Shown here piece after piece: positions 58,173 to 64,000 of a stretch of 64,000 nt of DNA. Within the stretch, counting starts at the first letter, position 1, and each line of letters opens with the position of its first letter. A program made the translations under genes and the position numbers. Origin of the DNA: Acidobacteriota bacterium (lineage in GTDB: Bacteria; Acidobacteriota; UBA890; WLXD01); NCBI GenBank assembly GCA_965205505.1, contig CBDBHB010000009.1, positions 2,464,001 through 2,528,000 on the forward strand, written 5' to 3'. The notes under the pieces were generated by a model. It had not been told where the DNA came from, ran no database searches, and was given only the letters and a program-made list of their open reading frames with translations.

Positions 58173-58265
58173 CGGGTTGTCATCTGTCTCAGGAGCCGAA
58201 AACACCGCTCGGACCGCCACTTAGGGGGCGCAAGACGCCTATCGCTTCTGCGTTACACTGGCCCT

Positions 58266-59423
58266 ATGATACGCAAATCGCGGCTGATGACCCCTGGCCC
58301 GGCACCGGTTCACCCGTCGGCACGTGCCGCCGCGACCGGCCCACTGCCGCACCATCGAGCCGCCGCGTTCAAGCGCTGCTTTGCTGCGGTGCAGGAGGGA
58401 TTGCGCTCCGCATTCCGCACTGACGGGCCGGTCGCCGTGCTGGCTGCGTCGGGCACTGGTGCCATGGAGGCGGCGCTGGTCAACCTGTTTTCAGCCGGCG
58501 ATCGGGTAGTGGTACTGGCCGGCGGAAAATTCGGGCAGCGCTGGGCGGAGGTCGCGGAAGTGTACGGGATGCGGGTCAAGACCGTGCATGCCGAGGTCGG
58601 TGGGACATTGACCGCCGACGACGCCGCCGAGGCGGTGGCGGCGTTTCGACCGGTGAGCGGGCTGGTGATGACAGCGAGCGAGACGTCCACCGGTGCGGCC
58701 GTCGATGTCGCCGAGATCGCCGCGGCGACGCGGCGCCTGGAACCCGGTGCGGCCATCGTCGTGGATGCGATTACCGCCGTGGGCGCGTTTCCGATTGAAA
58801 CTGATGCGTGGGAGCTGGATGCTGTGTGCGGCGGTTCGCAAAAGGCCTTCATGATTCCGCCCGGGCTCGGTTTTGTGGCCTGCTCGGCGCGTGGCTGGGA
58901 CCGCATGAACGGCGAGCGCGCCAAGCCGCGCTATTATTTCGACCTTCGCAAGTACGCCCGATCGGCGAGCAACGACCAGACGCCGTTCACACCTGCCACG
59001 GGGCTCGTTCTGCAGCTTCAGGCGGCGCTGGGCGCGATCGCCGACGCGGGCGGGATCGATGCCCTCGAAGACAACGCACAGGCGCTCGCTTCGGCGACGC
59101 GGGCCGCGGCAGAGGCGCTCGATCTCAGCCTTCTCTCACCCGAGTATCCGAGCCCAGCGGTGACCGCGATCCGAGCTCCGCGGTCCGGGATGGCGCCCGA
59201 CATCGTCGCCGCGATGCGAGAGCGCCACGACCTTTTCATCGCCGGCGGACAGGGAGATCTCAAGCCCGATATCTTCCGCATCGGCCATCTCGGCTACATC
59301 GACGACGTCGACCTGTTGGGCACGCTCGCTACCCTGGAGCGCGTTCTGGCGTCCGTCGGTCACCAGGTTCGCATGGGCGCGTCGGTGGCCGCGGCGACTG
59401 CCGTGCTCGAGGCCCGTGGCTGA
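58266..59423 (+). CDS. Class V PLP aminotransferase (serine-pyruvate/phosphoserine type)
   Basis: MTPGP, SGTGAMEA, ETSTG, VDAIT, GSQKAFMIPPG, TPFTP, FRIGHLG. Confidence 0.92.
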   Translation: MIRKSRLMTPGPAPVHPSARAAATGPLPHHRAAAFKRCFAAVQEGLRSAFRTDGPVAVLAASGTGAMEAALVNLFSAGDRVVVLAGGKFGQRWAEVAEVYGMRVKTVHAEVGGTLTADDAAEAVAAFRPVSGLVMTASETSTGAAVDVAEIAAATRRLEPGAAIVVDAITAVGAFPIETDAWELDAVCGGSQKAFMIPPGLGFVACSARGWDRMNGERAKPRYYFDLRKYARSASNDQTPFTPATGLVLQLQAALGAIADAGGIDALEDNAQALASATRAAAEALDLSLLSPEYPSPAVTAIRAPRSGMAPDIVAAMRERHDLFIAGGQGDLKPDIFRIGHLGYIDDVDLLGTLATLERVLASVGHQVRMGASVAAATAVLEARG

Positions 59424-61005
59424 AGCGCCGCAGCGTGTGTTGGTTTGCGGGCGTCTGCCAGAGGACGGACGCGAGGCTCTCGAGTCCGCTGGGCTCGTCA
59501 TCGAGCATCTTCCGGATCGCCAGGCCGGCTCGCTGGCCGACGTCATCGCGCCGTTCGCCGCGGTAATCGTACATTCGCCGCATCGTGTAGACGCCGCGGC
59601 GCTGGAAGCGGCACCGCTGTTGAAGGTCGTCGGCCGTGCCGGCGTCGGCGTCGACAACATCGACGTCGAAGCGGCAACACGCCGAGGGGTGCTGGTGATG
59701 AACCTGCCGTGGGGAAATACAGTCACCGCGGCGGAGCACACGATGGCGATGCTGATGTCGCTGGCGCGGAATATCCCGCAATCGTCCGCAGCGCTGAAAC
59801 AGGGCGTGTGGGATCGGGCCGCTTATCTCGGCGTGGAGCTCAAGGACAAGACGCTCGGGATCATCGGACTGGGTCGCATCGGTCGGGAGGTGGCGCGTCG
59901 GGCTCGTGGCATGGAGATGCGTGTTGTGGGCTCCGACCCGTTCCTGTCGCCGTCGGTGGCGCATGACCTCGGCATCGAGTTGGTGTCCACCGCCGAGCTG
60001 CTACCACAGGCCGACTTTCTCACGCTGCACGTCCCGAAGACCGACGAAACGACGCACCTCATCGACTATCAAGCGATCGCATCGATGAAACCGGGAGCCC
60101 GGCTGGTCAACTGTGCGCGCGGCGGCCTGGTAGAGGAGGCAGCACTGCTGGCGGGGCTGGAATCCGGCCAACTGGCTGGCGCTGCCTGCGACGTGTTCGA
60201 GACCGAGCCGACAGACAACGCGGCGCTGGTGGCGCACCCGAGCTTCGTGGGTACGCCGCATCTCGGTGGGGCGACCCACGAGGCACGCCAGCGCGTCGGG
60301 TCGGGTATAGCCCGGCAGGTTGCCGAGTATCTTGCCGACGGGGTGATTCGCCACGCGATCAACGTGCAGGCGTTACCGCCGGACGAGCAGCGCGCCATGG
60401 AGCCGTATCTTCAGCTCGGCGAGCGGCTGGGCGCTCTGGTGTCGCAGTGCTTCGAGAACATCGAACGATTGCAGATCGAGTACTACGGCGAGATAACCGG
60501 CTATACGCTCCGCCCACTCAGCGCGCACATTCTCGCTGGCTACCTGCGCCCGTTCCTCGGTGACCAGGTCAATGTCGTCAATGCCGCCGCGATTGCGCGC
60601 CAAAGAGGTCTACGAGTGGACGAGTCCAAGAGCACGTCGGAGCGCGGCTACCAGAGCCTGATTCGAGTGACTGCGATAACTGAAGCAGGGAAGCACTCGG
60701 TGGCGGGCACCGTCTTCGACGGAGCTCGTGGCCGGCTTGTGGAACTTCGTCGGATACTCGTCGAGACAACGCTCGAAGGTCATCTCTTGGTGCTCGAGAA
60801 CGAAGACCGCCCCGGGGTCGTGGGGCAGTTGGGTATGTTTCTTGCGGAGCGTGGTATCAACATCGCCGACATGAGCCTGGGCCGCGATGAGCCTCGCGGC
60901 ACGGCGATCGTCGTGCTGGCGATGGATCAGCTGCTCGACACCGATGGACTCGGTGAACTCTTGGCCCTCTCGGACATTCACTGGGCCCGCGTAATCTCGT
61001 TCTGA
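59416..61005 (+). CDS. serA: D-3-phosphoglycerate dehydrogenase (ASB + ACT)
   Basis: GRAGVGVDNID, AAEHT, GLGRIG, NCARGG, TPHLG, C-terminal DRPGVVG. Confidence 0.95.
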   Translation: MAEAPQRVLVCGRLPEDGREALESAGLVIEHLPDRQAGSLADVIAPFAAVIVHSPHRVDAAALEAAPLLKVVGRAGVGVDNIDVEAATRRGVLVMNLPWGNTVTAAEHTMAMLMSLARNIPQSSAALKQGVWDRAAYLGVELKDKTLGIIGLGRIGREVARRARGMEMRVVGSDPFLSPSVAHDLGIELVSTAELLPQADFLTLHVPKTDETTHLIDYQAIASMKPGARLVNCARGGLVEEAALLAGLESGQLAGAACDVFETEPTDNAALVAHPSFVGTPHLGGATHEARQRVGSGIARQVAEYLADGVIRHAINVQALPPDEQRAMEPYLQLGERLGALVSQCFENIERLQIEYYGEITGYTLRPLSAHILAGYLRPFLGDQVNVVNAAAIARQRGLRVDESKSTSERGYQSLIRVTAITEAGKHSVAGTVFDGARGRLVELRRILVETTLEGHLLVLENEDRPGVVGQLGMFLAERGINIADMSLGRDEPRGTAIVVLAMDQLLDTDGLGELLALSDIHWARVISF

Positions 61006-61068
61006 GCTGCCGCTCGCGATCCCGACCGTCTCCGATGACTCCCAACCCGGGGCCTAACCCGGCCGTGT

Positions 61069-61097
61069 TTGAACCCCCTGGAGGCCCATGGTAGCTT
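61069..61097 (+). promoter_or_regulatory. Sigma70-type promoter upstream of icd
   Basis: TTGAAC-17 nt-TAGCTT with extended TG. Confidence 0.55.
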
Positions 61098-61253
61098 GAC
61101 TTTCCCACCGGTCCCTGGCCGCCGGGTACCGTACCCGACCGGATCGCCGCCACCTTCCTGTCGTCCTACGCGCCTCTCGCGCCCTCGGATCCGCCGCGCC
61201 GACCGGCCCACGCGCACCGAGCGCACGCGAAAGCCCGACTACAAGAGGCCGAG

Positions 61254-62504
61254 ATGCCCGCCGACAGCTACACGCCGCCTGCCGAGGGCATCCGCATCGA
61301 GCTCGACGGTCAAGATCGACTGGTCGTCCCCGATCAACCGATCGTCTGCTGGATGGAAGGCGACGGGATCGGGTCTGATATTTGGGTGGCGGCGCGCCAC
61401 GTGTTCGATAGTGCCGTCGCCAACGCGTATGGCGGCTCGCGCGCTATTGCCTGGATGGAACTTCTGGCGGGCGGGAAAGCGCATGCCGAAGTTGGTGAAT
61501 GGCTGCCGCAGAGCACGCTCGACGCCATCAGCCATTACCGAGTAGCGATCAAGGGACCGATGACTACGCCGGTGGGGGGCGGCATGCGCAGCCTCAACGT
61601 GGCACTGCGCCAACGGCTCGACCTGTATGCCTGCATACGGCCTGTGAAGTACTACCGCGGCACACCATCGCCGGTGCGCGAGCCGGAAAAGCTCGACGTG
61701 GTGATCTTCCGGGAGAATACCGAGGACGTCTATTCGGGTATCGAGTGGGAGGCGGGGAGCGAGGAGGCGAACCGAGCAATCGAGTTCATGCGCACCGAGC
61801 TTGATGCCCAGATACGTCCAGGGAGCGGAATTGGCATCAAGCCGATGTCGGCAGACGGCTCCAAGAGGCTCGTTCGCAAGGCGATTCGCTATGCTCTCGA
61901 GCGCGGTCGTGCCAGCGTCACTCTGATGCACAAGGGCAACATCATGAAGTTCACCGAGGGCGCTTTCCGTACTTGGGGCTACGAGCTCGCCAGCGAGGAA
62001 TTCGGCCACGTCACGCTGACCGAGACCGAGCTCTGGGATGACCACAGCGGTGAGGTACCGGACGGCAAGGTAGTGATAAAGGACCGCATCGCCGACGCCA
62101 TGTTCCAGCAGGTTCTGCTGCGGCCCAGCGAATACGACGTCATCGCTACGCCCAACCTGAATGGCGACTACATCTCCGACGCTGCCGTGGCGCAGGTCGG
62201 CGGTCTTGGCGTGGCGCCCGGCGCCAACATGAGCGACGACGTGGCGCTCTTCGAGCCCACGCACGGCACCGCGCCCAAGTACGCCGGCCAGGACAAGGTG
62301 AACCCGTCGTCGCTGATCCTCAGCGGCGTCATGATGTTCGATCACCTTGGCTGGCCCGAGGCCGCGCGAATGACCGAGCGGGCGCTCGAAAAGACGTTGC
62401 AGGCCAAGACCGTTACCTACGACCTCGAGCGCCAGATGGATGGCGCGACGCTCCTGAGCTGCTCCGAGTTCGGTCGGGCGCTCGTCGACAACATGGAGAA
62501 CTGA
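61254..62504 (+). CDS. icd: Isocitrate dehydrogenase (NADP-type, dimeric)
   Basis: [57 protein letters not shown]. Confidence 0.97.
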   Translation: MPADSYTPPAEGIRIELDGQDRLVVPDQPIVCWMEGDGIGSDIWVAARHVFDSAVANAYGGSRAIAWMELLAGGKAHAEVGEWLPQSTLDAISHYRVAIKGPMTTPVGGGMRSLNVALRQRLDLYACIRPVKYYRGTPSPVREPEKLDVVIFRENTEDVYSGIEWEAGSEEANRAIEFMRTELDAQIRPGSGIGIKPMSADGSKRLVRKAIRYALERGRASVTLMHKGNIMKFTEGAFRTWGYELASEEFGHVTLTETELWDDHSGEVPDGKVVIKDRIADAMFQQVLLRPSEYDVIATPNLNGDYISDAAVAQVGGLGVAPGANMSDDVALFEPTHGTAPKYAGQDKVNPSSLILSGVMMFDHLGWPEAARMTERALEKTLQAKTVTYDLERQMDGATLLSCSEFGRALVDNMEN

Positions 62505-62507
62505 GCC

Positions 62508-63437
62508 ATGGCCCTGAAGAAGGTCAGCATTGTGGGCGCCGGGAATGTCGGTGCGACTTGCGCCTACAGCCTCGTCAATCGACGCCTTGCCGATGTGACA
62601 CTCGTCGACATCGTCGAGGGCATGCCACAGGGCAAGGCGCTCGACATGATGGAAGCCACGCCCATCGTGGGCGGCGACTGCAAGATCACCGGGACCAACA
62701 ACTACATCGACACCCAGGACTCCGACATCGTGGTGATCACGGCCGGCCTGGCTCGTAAGCCGGGCATGAGCCGTGACGACCTGTTGTTCAAGAACGTCAA
62801 GATCGTTGGCGGGGTAGTCGACGAAGTTGTCAAGTACTCACCTGATTCGATCCTCATCCTGGTCACCAATCCGCTCGACGCCATGGTGTACGTGGCCCAG
62901 AAGAGGTCGGGGTTTCCACGCCAGCGCATCATGGGAATGGCCGGGGTCCTCGACTCGGCGCGCTGTCGTGCCTTCATTGCCATGGAGCTGGGCGTCTCGG
63001 TCGAGAACACGCATGCCTTCGTGCTCGGCGGACACGGCGATACCATGGTGCCCTTGCCGCGCTACTCGACCGTCGCCGGGGTGCCGATCACCGAGCTCAT
63101 GAGCAGCGAGCAGGTGCAGCGGATCGTCGATCGCACCCGCAATGGCGGTGCTGAGATCGTCAAATTGCTGGGTACGGGCTCGGCCTACTACGCTCCCGGC
63201 GAGTCGGTCGTCGAGATGATCGAGGCGATCCTTCTGGACAAGAAGAAGATCCTGCCGGTGGCAGCGTGTCTCGAGGGTGAGTATGGCGTGAACGGCCTGT
63301 TTGTCGGAGTCCCGGCGGTGCTTGGCATCGGCGGAATGGAGAGCGTCTTGGAGATCGAGCTCACCGAATCCGAGCAGGCTGAATTCGACCGTTCGGTGGC
63401 GCATGTGCGCGAGCTCGTCAAGAAGCTGGAGGAGTAG
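62508..63437 (+). CDS. mdh: Malate dehydrogenase (LDH-like)
   Basis: [38 protein letters not shown]. Confidence 0.96.
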   Translation: MALKKVSIVGAGNVGATCAYSLVNRRLADVTLVDIVEGMPQGKALDMMEATPIVGGDCKITGTNNYIDTQDSDIVVITAGLARKPGMSRDDLLFKNVKIVGGVVDEVVKYSPDSILILVTNPLDAMVYVAQKRSGFPRQRIMGMAGVLDSARCRAFIAMELGVSVENTHAFVLGGHGDTMVPLPRYSTVAGVPITELMSSEQVQRIVDRTRNGGAEIVKLLGTGSAYYAPGESVVEMIEAILLDKKKILPVAACLEGEYGVNGLFVGVPAVLGIGGMESVLEIELTESEQAEFDRSVAHVRELVKKLEE

Positions 63438-63442
63438 TCAGG

Positions 63443-63862
63443 ATGGCTGTAGAGCGGACCCTGGCCATGATCAAGCCCGACGCCACGGCACGAAATCTGG
63501 CGGGCACGATCCTGGCGCACTACGAGCAAGATGGCTTTCGTGTCGTGGCATGCAAGAAAACGCGGCTGTCGCGCGCCGAGGCAGAGGCGTTCTACGCTGT
63601 GCATAGCGAGCGCCCGTTCTTCGATAGCCTGTGCGACTTCATGACTTCCGGGCCGATCTTGGCGGTGGCGTTGGAGCGTGAGAGCGCCATTGCTCATTTG
63701 CGCCGGGTCATGGGGGCCACCAACCCGGAGGACGCCGAGCCTGGAACCATCCGCGCTCTGTACGCCGAGAGTATCGAGCGCAACTCGGTGCATGGCTCCG
63801 ACGGCCCGGAAACAGCAGCGCAGGAGCTCGCGTTCCACTTCTCGGGCCGCGAGCTGCTCTAG
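63443..63862 (+). CDS. ndk: Nucleoside diphosphate kinase
   Basis: [32 protein letters not shown]. Confidence 0.97.
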   Translation: MAVERTLAMIKPDATARNLAGTILAHYEQDGFRVVACKKTRLSRAEAEAFYAVHSERPFFDSLCDFMTSGPILAVALERESAIAHLRRVMGATNPEDAEPGTIRALYAESIERNSVHGSDGPETAAQELAFHFSGRELL

Positions 63863-64000
63863 CAGGCCGTGGTGAAAGTGTGGTGGGTCTGGCGACAGGG
63901 TTTTGCGAGGTGGAGGCAAGGAGAGAGGAGGAGGCGATGGATACCCCATCGCCTGTGTCAGGCCGCCTTGCATCTGGCCCCAACTCGCCGTAACCAGACC
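63859..64000. mobile_element. Start of another CTAG-targeting repeat element (runs off the window)
   Basis: Begins at the ndk TAG; first 22 nt are the reverse complement of 34439-34460; contains the caagg..gagga-ggcgatg-loop-catcg module of the 279-bp family. Confidence 0.7.

Overview
A GC-rich (roughly two-thirds G+C by eye) core-genome window from a diderm bacterium; gene content suggests Acidobacteriota (inference). Left to right it holds: the end of lipA plus a 2-oxoacid dehydrogenase operon (E1a, E1b, E2, E3); recD2; an MBL hydrolase; a glutaredoxin-thioredoxin reductase fusion; two SDR genes; PagL-like, CDF, CPBP and PaaI genes; a peptidoglycan-recycling cluster (namZ, nagZ-amidase fusion, SSS transporter, PfkB kinase); a DUF4097 protein; a MacAB-TolC-type operon ending in a large glycosidase lipoprotein; a PDZ-less HtrA; hutU and hutI; a ThuA-like plus SGNH/propeller/azurin pair; an exported kinase-like protein; a Rieske/split cytochrome b/octaheme cytochrome c operon with heme A genes; GT2, apgM, mobA, a class V aminotransferase and serA; and icd-mdh-ndk. 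Two signals stand out. (1) Both E1 subunits have lost their ThDP-binding or catalytic motifs in frame, while E2, E3 and the visible part of LipA look intact, suggesting a pseudo-enzyme E1. (2) A family of 279-bp CTAG-flanked elements occurs three times, plus related ends and scars. The copies align without gaps at about 71% identity, show extensive compensatory base-pair changes, sit on TAG stop codons, and each carries an end-to-end open frame in the direction of local transcription. No rRNA, tRNA, CRISPR array or transposase was recognised.
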